The notes under the pieces: model-generated
What the model saw: only the letters and a program-made list of their open reading frames with translations
The model's database searches: none
What the model was told of the DNA's origin: nothing
In this document: piece after piece, positions 28,524 through 37,600 of the stretch
Position numbering within the stretch: position 1 is the first letter of the stretch
Layout: the number at the start of each line of letters is the position of its first letter
Assembly (NCBI GenBank): GCA_017612805.1
Contig: JAGAFD010000008.1
Coordinates: 41,413-105,412 of the forward strand
DNA: 64,000 nucleotides
Reading direction: 5' to 3'
Source: Bacilli bacterium
GTDB lineage: Bacteria > Bacillota_I > Bacilli_A > RF39 > UBA660
Translations under genes and position numbers: made by a program

Positions 28524-29318
28524 ACTTTTAATAATTTGATGAATTAAATAAGTATTATAAAGGTGTTGGTTATTTATAATACTTTTTATTTGGCAGTTGA
28601 TTGCAATACCTAAGAATGATGCTAAAAAGGCGATATTAAAAGGATTAGTAAAATAATTTAGACCATTAGTGATTTCAATATTGCCAATAATAAATTGATT
28701 AAAATGATAATAACTTAGTATTACGATGAAAATATTACTAATGATAATAATACTTAAAATATTTAGCATCACTTTAAAATTATCGGTAATAATATTGATT
28801 AGATTTTTATTATCAACTTGATTGTTTTTTAAAACGATATTGGATGGTTTAATAATTATAAATGATATTAAAGCATATGTGTAGTTTAATAGTAGAATAA
28901 ATATAATCATTTTAATGTTAGTATTAGCAATTTTAATAAAGAATAGGGGATTAATGAAAGTTCCACAAATAACTAATTTTTGATAATCATTTTTACTAAT
29001 TAATAATTGGTGATAAGCTTTTTGATAAATTAGCGTAGAAGTTGGAGAACCACTAATTATTCCTAATAAAAAGATTGGTATTACTTGACCATCAAATTTA
29101 AAGATTCTATTAAATATTTTGTTAATAAATTTCGGTATTATTAAATCAACGCGATTATTAATTAATAATTCGGTAATTATTAGTATTGGATAGATACTGG
29201 GTATTAAAAATTTTTCCCATAACAAAAAACTAATGGCTATCGAATTAGTAATTAAGTCTTTATTTTTAAATAAAATTATTAGTGTCAATAATAAGGTGAG
29301 ATTAACTATTTTTTTCAT
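28482..29318 (-). CDS. ylbJ: YlbJ-like integral membrane protein (nucleoside-recognition/Gate-domain type), short version
   Basis: Collinear blocks with B. subtilis YlbJ as I recall it: W...IPSIYPILIITELLI, GIISGSPTS and NPLFFI. It lies next to ylbL, as in Bacilli. Confidence 0.5.
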   Translation of the reverse strand: MKKIVNLTLLLTLIILFKNKDLITNSIAISFLLWEKFLIPSIYPILIITELLINNRVDLIIPKFINKIFNRIFKFDGQVIPIFLLGIISGSPTSTLIYQKAYHQLLISKNDYQKLVICGTFINPLFFIKIANTNIKMIIFILLLNYTYALISFIIIKPSNIVLKNNQVDNKNLINIITDNFKVMLNILSIIIISNIFIVILSYYHFNQFIIGNIEITNGLNYFTNPFNIAFLASFLGIAINCQIKSIINNQHLYNTYLIHQIIKSLICACATSMFTQI

Positions 29319-29352
29319 TTAACCTCCGTTATTTGATATAATAGATTGGGTG

Positions 29353-30369
29353 ATGGATATGTTTAAAAAAGCATTTAGATATATATTAAACTTTATTAAA
29401 GAAAATATTGTTTTATTAATAATTATTGCGGTTATTTTAATTCTTAATCAAATTAAGTTACCTTATAGTATTAATATGCCTGGGGGAGCTACTAATTTAA
29501 ATGATCGTTATAAGATTGAAAATAGTTATAAGATTAAAGGTAGTATTAATATGGCTTATGTATCAAGCTTAAAAGCTAATCCGATATCTTATATTGCTGC
29601 ATTAATTATTCCTTCATGGGATTTAGAAAAGCTAGAAGAATATACGTTAGAAAATGAAGGCGAAAAAGATTATTTAAACCGTGGTAAAAAGAATTTAGAA
29701 GAATCAATTAATGTTGCTAAAATAGTTGCATTAAGAGCTGCTGGTTATGAGATTAATATTAAAACAACTTCACTAGTAGTTACTTATTTAACGGAAGAAG
29801 CTAATACCGATTTAATGATTAATGATGAAATCATTGCTTTTGATAATCAAGTAATTGAAAGTTTTGAACAAATTAAGGATATTGTTGAAGCTAAAAAAGT
29901 TAATGATGTTATTAAAATTAAAGTTATTCGTGATGGTAAAGAAAAACTTTGTAGTGCGAAAGTTTATCAATATGAAGGTAATTTATATATTGGAATGATG
30001 GCTACTTCAAAATACGAATATGAAAGTAACTTGAATGTTAAGTTTATTTATGAAGATGAAGAATATGGACCATCTGGGGGTTTAATGAATACTTTAGCAA
30101 TTTATAATGCAATTACTAAAGAAGATATTACTCATGGTAAAAAGATCATTGGTACGGGAACCATTGACATTGATGGTAATGTTGGTGCAGTTGGTGGTAT
30201 TAAATATAAATTAATTGGCGCTAATAAAAAGAAATGTGATATATTTATAGTACCATCAGCTAATTATGATGAAGCAATGAAAATTAAAAAGAAACATAAA
30301 TTAAAAATTAAGGTAGTAAAAGTGGCTACTTTTGACGAAGCCAAAAACTATTTAGAAGGAATGAAGTAA
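29353..30369 (+). CDS. ylbL: YlbL/SepM-family PDZ plus Lon-like (S16) serine protease
   Basis: TGATATAAT at 29334-29342. One TM, a PDZ-like middle part (NDEIIAFDNQVI...VIKIKVIRDGKE) and a Lon C-terminal domain (GPSGGLMNTLAIYN, IGTGTIDIDGNVGAVGGIKYKL). The start could instead be ATG 29359. Confidence 0.8.
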   Translation: MDMFKKAFRYILNFIKENIVLLIIIAVILILNQIKLPYSINMPGGATNLNDRYKIENSYKIKGSINMAYVSSLKANPISYIAALIIPSWDLEKLEEYTLENEGEKDYLNRGKKNLEESINVAKIVALRAAGYEINIKTTSLVVTYLTEEANTDLMINDEIIAFDNQVIESFEQIKDIVEAKKVNDVIKIKVIRDGKEKLCSAKVYQYEGNLYIGMMATSKYEYESNLNVKFIYEDEEYGPSGGLMNTLAIYNAITKEDITHGKKIIGTGTIDIDGNVGAVGGIKYKLIGANKKKCDIFIVPSANYDEAMKIKKKHKLKIKVVKVATFDEAKNYLEGMK

Positions 30370-30371
30370 TA

Positions 30372-31244
30372 ATGAAAAAAATGATTTATTTATTCTTTAA
30401 GGGATTTATTATGGGAATTGCTAATATTATTCCGGGAGTATCGGGTGGAACTTTAGCAATTATCTTAGGTATATATGAAGATTTTATTAATGCAATTAGT
30501 CATTTCTTTAGTGATTTTAAGAAAAACATTTTATTCTTATTACCAGTATTTTTGGGAATGGGAGTAGCAATATTATCAATGAGTAATGTAATATCTTTTT
30601 CTTATAAACATATTCCGATCGCTACAACCTTATTTTTTGTCGGTTTAGTATTAGGAGGAATTCCTTTATTAACTAAAAAGTTAAAAGAAAGTAAAGGCAA
30701 TAAAAAGAGTATTATTAATTATTTAATATTTGTGTTAACTTTTGCTTTAGTTATCTTTATGGCATTAGCTGATACCATCTTTAGTGGTATTGGTGATATT
30801 AATTTAACCAAGATTACAATCATTAAAGGAATCATTTTATTTTTTGTCGGTATTATTGCAGCTGGAACCATGGTTATTCCTGGAGTATCTGGTTCTTTAG
30901 TATTAATGTTATTAGGCTTTTATTATCCAATTATCGATACGATTAAAGATTTAATACATTTTAATCATTTATTTAGTAATGTTATTGTATTAGGTATCTT
31001 TGGGATTGGTGTTTTAGTAGGAATAATTGGGATTTCTAAATTATTTGAATATTTATTTAAAAAGCAAGAAACCAAAACTTATTTTGGTGTACTAGGATTT
31101 ATTTATGCATCAATACTAGCAATTCCTTATTCGGCATTACATAGTTTAGAAATAAAGTTTCATTATTATGAAATAATTATTGCTATTTTATTATTTATTT
31201 TAGGAATGGTAATTGCTTATTTTCTTGGTGATAAAAAAGATTAA
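30372..31244 (+). CDS. DUF368-family membrane protein (family implicated in undecaprenyl-phosphate recycling)
   Basis: Duplicated signature: GIANIIPGVSGGTLAIILGIYE and MVIPGVSGSLVLMLLGFY. About 8 TM segments. Confidence 0.8.
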   Translation: MKKMIYLFFKGFIMGIANIIPGVSGGTLAIILGIYEDFINAISHFFSDFKKNILFLLPVFLGMGVAILSMSNVISFSYKHIPIATTLFFVGLVLGGIPLLTKKLKESKGNKKSIINYLIFVLTFALVIFMALADTIFSGIGDINLTKITIIKGIILFFVGIIAAGTMVIPGVSGSLVLMLLGFYYPIIDTIKDLIHFNHLFSNVIVLGIFGIGVLVGIIGISKLFEYLFKKQETKTYFGVLGFIYASILAIPYSALHSLEIKFHYYEIIIAILLFILGMVIAYFLGDKKD

Positions 31245-31303
31245 TAAAATGATAGCTATCTGCTAGAATTTGTTTTATAATGATTATGATAGGAAGTGTA
31301 CTT

Positions 31304-31831
31304 ATGGATTTTAGAGATATCGTAGAATTTTTTAAAGACGCTTTTAAATACATTGCTGTTGTCATAGTAGTATTATTGTTATTTATTTTTGTAATGGGAT
31401 TGCAACAAATAGTTGGTCCATCGATGGAACCTAATTTAAAAGAAGGCGATATCTTAATCGTTAATAAACTTTTATATCATATTGGTAAAATTAAACGTAA
31501 TGATATTGTAGTAATTACCGAAGAAGAAAAATATATGGTAAAAAGAGTGGTTGGCCTTCCGGGAGAACATATTGAATATAAAGATAATTACGTTTATGTT
31601 GATGGGGAAAAATATCGCGAAACATTTATTGATACTGAGAAAGTAAAAACTGAGGATTTTAAGTTAGAAGATCTCGGTTATGATAAGATTCCTGAAGGGA
31701 TGTATTTAGTATTAGGGGATAACCGTGAGAACTCAAAAGATAGTCGTGATTATGGTTTAGTTCCTAAAAAACAAATTGTTGGTAAAGCTTGGCTTAGAAT
31801 ATGGCCTTTTAATAAAATAAGATTTTTTTAA
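31304..31831 (+). CDS. lepB: Signal peptidase I (bacterial LepB/SipS type)
   Basis: GPSMEPNL (Ser box), VKRVVGLPGE (Lys box) and GDNRENSKDSRDYG. AGGAAG RBS before ATG 31304. Confidence 0.88.
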   Translation: MDFRDIVEFFKDAFKYIAVVIVVLLLFIFVMGLQQIVGPSMEPNLKEGDILIVNKLLYHIGKIKRNDIVVITEEEKYMVKRVVGLPGEHIEYKDNYVYVDGEKYRETFIDTEKVKTEDFKLEDLGYDKIPEGMYLVLGDNRENSKDSRDYGLVPKKQIVGKAWLRIWPFNKIRFF

Positions 31832-31840
31832 GAAAAATGA

Positions 31841-31868
31841 CGAAAATAGTAGACTATTTTCGCTTTTT
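31841..31868 (+). terminator. Intrinsic terminator after lepB
   Basis: CGAAAATA-gtagac-TATTTTCG followed by CTTTTT. Confidence 0.6.
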
Positions 31869-31904
31869 GGCATATAATCATTAGTAATGAAAGGCATATT
31901 ATAT

Positions 31905-32017
31905 ATTTTATAAAAAGGCAAAACTACGGAAACGTAGCGACGCAAAGCTTTAGAACCTAAAATTATAATTATGGTAGTCAGCTGCATTTATACATAACGT
32001 ATAGATGCTTTTTTATT
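31905..32017 (+). promoter_or_regulatory. Class I c-di-GMP (GEMM-I) riboswitch with an intrinsic-terminator expression platform
   Basis: GGCAAAAC-UACG-GAAA-CGUA-GCGACGCAAAGC...CCUAAA...GGUAGUCAGC matches the invariant aptamer blocks. It is followed by a 10-bp hairpin (31984-31993 with 31999-32008) and a T6 run, then AAAGGAG and ATG 32037. Confidence 0.8.
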
Positions 32018-32036
32018 AGAAAAAGGAGTGTTTTTG

Positions 32037-34523
32037 ATGAACAAAAAGGTAATTTTTGGTACTGCAATATTCATTATCGCTGGTTTATTTATGTTTACAT
32101 TTGCCAACCCTAATGAAAAAGTATCAAAAGAAAAGGCTTCTAAACAAACTGTTAAAGAAGTCAGCAATGAGACATCCAGTGAAGAGTCTAAGAAAGAAGA
32201 AACTAAGAAGGAGGAGGCTACTAGCACAAATACTTCTACAACTACAACAAGAAGAACTACTGCTAGAAGAACTACAACTACTACAACTACTACAACAACT
32301 ACAACTAATCCAGTTGCACCAGTTGTAAATCCAGTTGTACCTCAAACACCAGCACAAGAAACATTAGTAAACCCAACTAATACTAATAATGATGCTGAAG
32401 ACAAAGCTAAGAAGGAAGCTGAAGAATTAGCTAACTACAAAGAAGCAGCAAAGAAAGAATTAGCTGAATATAAAAAGGATGAAAATTATTCAGATATCAA
32501 TACTGCTGCTGTAACTACTATTAAAACTGATGGTAGTGATGCAATTGATGCAGCTAAGACTAAAGATGAAGTTGATCAAGCTTTACAAGATGCTAAAGAT
32601 TTAATTGATGCTCTAGATACTGAAGCACCAGTTCTTACTATCGCTGATGATGAAGTAGTATATCAAAAAGTTGGTAAAGCTAATTTAAATAACTACACTG
32701 TAACTGATAATGTATCTTCAAAAGATAAAATTGTTGTTACTATTAGTGTTACTAAAGATGGCAGAAAAGTTAATGAAGTAAACTACAATTCGGTAGGTAC
32801 TTATGCGGTTTCATATACTGCTACTGATGAAGCAGGTAATGTTGCAAAAGCTGTTTTAAATATTAAGGTTAAAGCTGTTAAAGCTGAAAGCTTAGTTTTA
32901 ATGGCTGATGGTGAAGATGTAACTAATGTTACTGATTCTTACTGGGTTAATGACCCTGTTAAAACAATTAGTGTTTATGTTAAATATAATAATGGATCAA
33001 CTAAAAAGTTAAGCAAAATGAATTGTAATGCAGCTTTATTCATCTGCATTGGTGATTATACTGAAACCGGTATTTTATCAACTGCTCATGAAACATTTGG
33101 TAATGCTACGGTAACTTATAGTTATAAAGGTTTAACAGCTAAATATAATTACAATGTTAAAGCTAAAAAAGTAATTTCTTTAACGGTTACGGGAAACAAA
33201 GCTGAATACTTCCAAAATGAAGCATTTGGTATTACGGTTACTGCTAAATGGAATGATAATACTGAAGAAGTAGTTACTAACTATAGGATTGCTGGTAATA
33301 CTAAAAATGTTGGTAAAAACCAAACAGCATTAATTACTTATGGTGGCTTTACAACAACATTTAAATATAATGTTATCGCAAGACAAATTACATCACTTGT
33401 TGTTACATTAAATAAAGATACCTATATTGCTGGTCAAAACCTTGACATTAAAAGCGTTGTAGCTAAATGGAATGATAATACGGAAGAAGTAGTTAATGGT
33501 TATACTGTTAATGCTAATACCAATAAGATTGGTAATCACACTGGTTATGTTACATACAAAGGTATTAATGGAGAATTTAATTACAAAGTTATTCCAAGAA
33601 GAGTATTATCTCTAGAAGTTACTGGAAATAAAGCTACATATATTCAAAATGAAGCATTTGGTATTACAGTTAAAGCTAAATGGAATGATAATACGGAAGA
33701 AGTAGTTACTAATTATTCAATTAATAATAATACTAAGACTGTTAAAAATCATCAAACTGCAGTAGTTAGTTATGGTGGTGCAACAACATCATTTACTTAT
33801 GATGTTATTGCTAGAAAAATTACATCTTTACAAGTAACTTTAAATAAAGATACTTATGTAAAAGGTCAAAAAATCGATATTAAGAGCGTTGTTGCTATAT
33901 GGAATGACGGATCTGAAGAAACAATTACTAAATACTCAGTTAGTGGAAATACTAATGTTGTAGCTAATAACCAAAAAGGTTATGTTACTTATAATGGTAT
34001 TAAAGGTGAATTTAAGTATAATGTAATTGAGAAAAAAATTGTTTCATTAAGTGTTACTGCACCTACTAATGACTATATTAAAGGTGATAAATTTAATCTT
34101 ACTGTAAAAGCTAAATGGAATGATGGTTCTGAAGAAGTAGTTACTAATTATACGGTTAGTGGAGATACTAATAAAGTAGGCCTTGACCAAACAGCAACTA
34201 TTAGTTATAAAGGTGTTACTGCTACATATACATATGATGTTAAACATGAATTGCATTTAGTTCATTCTTGGTTTACTGCTGATTACTATCTAGAATTTAA
34301 AGATAGTGTTAACGTAGCAAGTATTGTATATTACAATAAAAACGGTGGAAGTAGTGATGTACCTTTAACTCGTATTCAAGGTAAGAAAATTTATATTAAT
34401 CCAACAATCTATGCTTTCTTACATAATATGGATGGAACTAATAGTAATGAAAAACTTGTTGTAACTATTTATGAAAATGGTAAGAAAGTAAGTTATACTT
34501 ATAAAAAAGCTATTAGTGATTAA
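32037..34523 (+). CDS. Secreted surface protein/adhesin: Thr-rich linker, helical region, DUF5011/HYR-like Ig domain and about 6 Big_3-like Ig repeats
   Basis: Signal peptide (MNKKVIFGTAIFIIAGLFMFTFA|NP) and a TTTTRRTTARRTTTTTTTTTTTTN tract. DTEAPVL...VGTYAVSYTATDEAGN module. Repeated ...VTAKWNDNTEEVVTNY...VG..Q.A.ITYGG....F.Y.V units. No LPXTG motif seen. Confidence 0.75.
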   Translation: MNKKVIFGTAIFIIAGLFMFTFANPNEKVSKEKASKQTVKEVSNETSSEESKKEETKKEEATSTNTSTTTTRRTTARRTTTTTTTTTTTTNPVAPVVNPVVPQTPAQETLVNPTNTNNDAEDKAKKEAEELANYKEAAKKELAEYKKDENYSDINTAAVTTIKTDGSDAIDAAKTKDEVDQALQDAKDLIDALDTEAPVLTIADDEVVYQKVGKANLNNYTVTDNVSSKDKIVVTISVTKDGRKVNEVNYNSVGTYAVSYTATDEAGNVAKAVLNIKVKAVKAESLVLMADGEDVTNVTDSYWVNDPVKTISVYVKYNNGSTKKLSKMNCNAALFICIGDYTETGILSTAHETFGNATVTYSYKGLTAKYNYNVKAKKVISLTVTGNKAEYFQNEAFGITVTAKWNDNTEEVVTNYRIAGNTKNVGKNQTALITYGGFTTTFKYNVIARQITSLVVTLNKDTYIAGQNLDIKSVVAKWNDNTEEVVNGYTVNANTNKIGNHTGYVTYKGINGEFNYKVIPRRVLSLEVTGNKATYIQNEAFGITVKAKWNDNTEEVVTNYSINNNTKTVKNHQTAVVSYGGATTSFTYDVIARKITSLQVTLNKDTYVKGQKIDIKSVVAIWNDGSEETITKYSVSGNTNVVANNQKGYVTYNGIKGEFKYNVIEKKIVSLSVTAPTNDYIKGDKFNLTVKAKWNDGSEEVVTNYTVSGDTNKVGLDQTATISYKGVTATYTYDVKHELHLVHSWFTADYYLEFKDSVNVASIVYYNKNGGSSDVPLTRIQGKKIYINPTIYAFLHNMDGTNSNEKLVVTIYENGKKVSYTYKKAISD
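33171..34250 (+). repeat. In-frame tandem repeat: a 432-nt two-domain unit in 2 full copies plus one extra half unit
   Basis: Units start at 33171 and 33603, exactly 432 nt apart, with long identical stretches (for example caaaatgaagcatttggtattac, gctaaatggaatgataata). A third A-type module runs from 34035 to about 34250. Confidence 0.8.
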
Positions 34524-34537
34524 TAGTAAATAATTGT

Positions 34538-34570
34538 CAAAAATATCAAGATATTTCTTGATATTTTTTT
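34538..34570 (+). terminator. Intrinsic terminator after the adhesin gene
   Basis: AAATATCAAG-atattt-CTTGATATTT followed by a T-run. Confidence 0.65.
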
Positions 34571-34603
34571 ATGTTTTTAGTAAGATTTAATTAAGGTGAG
34601 AAT

Positions 34604-34993
34604 ATGGCTTATATTAAATATAAAGAATTAACAAAGTATTTTAATTTTGATCAAGAAATTAGTGTTAATAATTTGCCAACTTATGTAACGGATTATTTAC
34701 TTCCTAATGAAGCAATTTATAAAGCATATAAGACTACTAGAGATAAAGGAATATTTACTGATAAAAGGATGATTTTATTTGATGTTAATCCTCTTACCCA
34801 TAGTAAAAAAATTCATATTATTTCTTATGAATCAATTTCTTCAGGAGCAGTTTTATTTAAATTAACGAGTGGGGCAATCTTATTATCATTTGATAGTGGT
34901 TATCAACTAAAACTTAATTTTATTCATTTAAAAGCTTTGAATAAAACTGAACTAAGAAAGTTATTTTCTTATATTATGAGTCGAACTAAATAA
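34604..34993 (+). CDS. Bacterial PH-domain (YokE/bPH-like) protein
   Basis: LLPNEAIYKAYKTTRDKGIFTDKRMILFD, then beta strands ending in a C-terminal helix. 129 aa. AAGGTGAG RBS. Confidence 0.5.
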   Translation: MAYIKYKELTKYFNFDQEISVNNLPTYVTDYLLPNEAIYKAYKTTRDKGIFTDKRMILFDVNPLTHSKKIHIISYESISSGAVLFKLTSGAILLSFDSGYQLKLNFIHLKALNKTELRKLFSYIMSRTK

Positions 34994-35061
34994 AGATTAG
35001 TGAGCTAATCTTTTTTTTATGTTATAATTATTTTAGATGATAGTAAAAAGGAGTAACAATC

Positions 35062-35562
35062 ATGGATAATAACAATAATTTTTATAATTTTGGTTCTTCG
35101 GCAAATGACGATATGGATAAAGCGAAAGCTTTAGCTGAATCTTTAAATAATGTTGAATATAAAAGGCGCCATGGAAGTAAAAAGAAGAGTATTATTTTTG
35201 GTTTAATAGCAACTCTTACTGGTTTTTATTGGGTGTTTATTCTTCTTTTTTTACTTATTATGTTTCAAATAGATTATTTAAGAACTGGCGATCCATCAGG
35301 AGCTTCTGGACTTTATCTTCTTTATTATGGCCTTTGGTTTTCTTTTTGCATACCTGTTTCAATAGTTTGTGCTTTAATAGCGGTATCTAATGATGTTAAC
35401 GTTATTAGTTCAATTGGCCTTTATAGTTCGTTACATTTAGCTATTTTACATTTAGCTCTTTGGTTTTGCCGTTATAATATGTTTAGATTTGTTCTTATAA
35501 TAATTATGTTACTCTTACTAATTTTCTTATTCCTAAGATGGTTAAAAAAGAGGCAGAATTAA
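35062..35562 (+). CDS. Hypothetical membrane protein (166 aa, 4 TM)
   Basis: AAAGGAG RBS. A polar N-terminus followed by four hydrophobic segments. The gene is flanked by near-identical terminator-promoter cassettes. Confidence 0.5.
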   Translation: MDNNNNFYNFGSSANDDMDKAKALAESLNNVEYKRRHGSKKKSIIFGLIATLTGFYWVFILLFLLIMFQIDYLRTGDPSGASGLYLLYYGLWFSFCIPVSIVCALIAVSNDVNVISSIGLYSSLHLAILHLALWFCRYNMFRFVLIIIMLLLLIFLFLRWLKKRQN

Positions 35563-35600
35563 GGATTAGTTATCTAATCTTTTTTTATGCATATAATTAA

Positions 35601-37514
35601 TTGGTGATGGTTATTAAACAGATTAATAATCGAATTAAGGTTGTTTTATTAATAATCTTTGTTATTAGTATGATATTAATTATTAAAGTATTTTATATTG
35701 AAGTTTTTTCTTATCAAAAGTTGCATAAATTAGCTAATGACTTATGGAGTAGAAATTTACCAATAACGGCTGACCGGGGTTTAATTATGGATCGTAATGG
35801 AAAGGTGCTTGCTGGTAATATTACTAAGACTACTTTAGTATTAATTCCTAATCAGATTAAGAATAAAGAGGAAGTCACTAAAAACTTAGCACGAATATTA
35901 GACGTTAGTTATGATGAAATGAAGAAACATGTTTTTAAAAACACTTCGATTGAAAGGGTTCATCCTGATGGTCGAAGATTAGATTTTACAGTTGCTGATC
36001 AGATTAATAGTTTAAATTATGATGGGGTTTATTTACTTAAAGAATCGGTTAGGAATTATCCTTATAATAATTTGCTTTCCCATGTTTTAGGATTTACTGG
36101 TATTGATAATCAAGGCTTATCGGGTTTAGAACTTTTATATGATGATTATTTAAAAGGGGTAGATGGTTCAATAAAGTATTATTCTGATGGTAAAGGAGCT
36201 CGTTTAACTCATCCGGAAGTTTATAATGAACCGGTTAATGGGATGAATCTTTATTTAACTATTGATATTGATATTCAAGCATCAATTGAACGTGAGTTAG
36301 ATAATGTAATTGCTAAATATAATCCGGAACATGCCTTAATTATTGTTGAAGATCCTAATACCGGTGAGATATTAGGGATGGCTTCACGACCAAATTTTAA
36401 TCCAAATTATTATCAAAATTATAAAAGCGAGGTAATTAACCGTAATTTACCCATTTGGATGACTTTTGAACCAGGTTCAACTTTTAAAATTATTACATTA
36501 GCGGCAGCAATCGAAGAAGGCAAAGTTAATCTTTTTGAGGATCATTATTATGATACGGGTTCAATTAGGGTTGCAAATGCCAAAATTAAATGTTGGAAAC
36601 CGGGTGGCCATGGTTATGAATCTTTTTTAAATGTTGTTGAAAATTCATGTAATCCGGGGTTTGTTGTATTAGGCGAGCGATTAGGGAAAGAAACTTTATT
36701 TCGTTATATTAATGCTTTTGGATTTGGTAGTAAAACAAATATTGATTTAAATGGTGAAGAAGATGGAATTTTATTTAACTTAGATAAAGTAGGTCCAGTG
36801 GAACTAGCTACAACCGCTTTTGGCCAAGGTATTAGTGTTACACCTATTCAACAAATTAATGCGGTTAGTGCAGTTATAAATGGTGGTAATTTATTAAAAC
36901 CTTACGTTATCAAAATGGTGGTAGATCCTGTTTCTAATAATATCTTATATGAAAATAAAAAAACGCTTATCAAAGACCATATTATTAGCGAAAATACTTC
37001 TAAATTAGTTAAGTTTGCGTTAGAAAGTGTTGTTGCAAATGGAACGGGAAGGAATGCATATTTAGAAAATTATCGGGTAGGTGGTAAAACAGGTACCGCC
37101 CAAAAGGTAGAAAATGGTCATTATTTATATGGTAATTATATTTTGTCATTTATGGGATTTATGCCAGCGGATAAACCAGAAGTTGTCGTTTATGTGGCTA
37201 TCGATAATCCTAAAGGGGTAATTCAATATGGCGGAACGGTATCAGCACCTGTTGCTAAAAACGTTTTACAAGATATAGCTAGTATTTTAAAAATGGATAA
37301 AGATATATCCGGAATGCCGAAAGTTTATAATTGGTATGAAAGTAAGTATGTTATCTTACCGGATGTAACGGGATTAAGTAAGGATGAGGCGTTAAAAAAG
37401 TTAAAAGGTTTTAGTATCAGTTATGTTGGTAGTGGTAGTAGTATTATCAATCAAAATCCGGTGGGAAACAGTTATGTTTTAGAAGGTAGTAATGTTAAAT
37501 TAATGCTTAATTAG
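35601..37514 (+). CDS. Class B penicillin-binding protein (PBP2B/SpoVD-type transpeptidase) with one C-terminal PASTA domain
   Basis: N-terminal TM and dimerisation domain. Motifs GSTFK, ENSCN (SxN) and KTGTA. PASTA: LPDVTGLSKDEALKKL...NPVGNSYVLEGSNVKLML. The start is uncertain, with TTG 35601, GTG 35604 and ATG 35607 sitting immediately after TATAAT at 35593-35598. Confidence 0.85.
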   Translation: MVMVIKQINNRIKVVLLIIFVISMILIIKVFYIEVFSYQKLHKLANDLWSRNLPITADRGLIMDRNGKVLAGNITKTTLVLIPNQIKNKEEVTKNLARILDVSYDEMKKHVFKNTSIERVHPDGRRLDFTVADQINSLNYDGVYLLKESVRNYPYNNLLSHVLGFTGIDNQGLSGLELLYDDYLKGVDGSIKYYSDGKGARLTHPEVYNEPVNGMNLYLTIDIDIQASIERELDNVIAKYNPEHALIIVEDPNTGEILGMASRPNFNPNYYQNYKSEVINRNLPIWMTFEPGSTFKIITLAAAIEEGKVNLFEDHYYDTGSIRVANAKIKCWKPGGHGYESFLNVVENSCNPGFVVLGERLGKETLFRYINAFGFGSKTNIDLNGEEDGILFNLDKVGPVELATTAFGQGISVTPIQQINAVSAVINGGNLLKPYVIKMVVDPVSNNILYENKKTLIKDHIISENTSKLVKFALESVVANGTGRNAYLENYRVGGKTGTAQKVENGHYLYGNYILSFMGFMPADKPEVVVYVAIDNPKGVIQYGGTVSAPVAKNVLQDIASILKMDKDISGMPKVYNWYESKYVILPDVTGLSKDEALKKLKGFSISYVGSGSSIINQNPVGNSYVLEGSNVKLMLN

Positions 37515-37600
37515 GTTGTAAAAATAATGTAAAAATAGCTTGTGATAGACCTAATTATAATTATTATGTAGTATAATATTTTTGAAGAGAAGGTGATTAT

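Noticed and set aside
28482-29318. A polytopic membrane protein next to pilin-like genes as the missing prepilin peptidase.
   Set aside because: It has no paired Asp motifs or GxGDxK-type signature. Its blocks match YlbJ, and it sits beside ylbL as in B. subtilis.
31757-32357. Minus-strand ORFs at 31757-31987, 31988-32227 and 32124-32357, and a plus-strand ORF at 32056-32328.
   Set aside because: They span the lepB terminator, the riboswitch and the Thr-codon tract of the adhesin gene. They have no RBS and low-complexity translations, so the regulatory RNA and the adhesin frame explain the region better.
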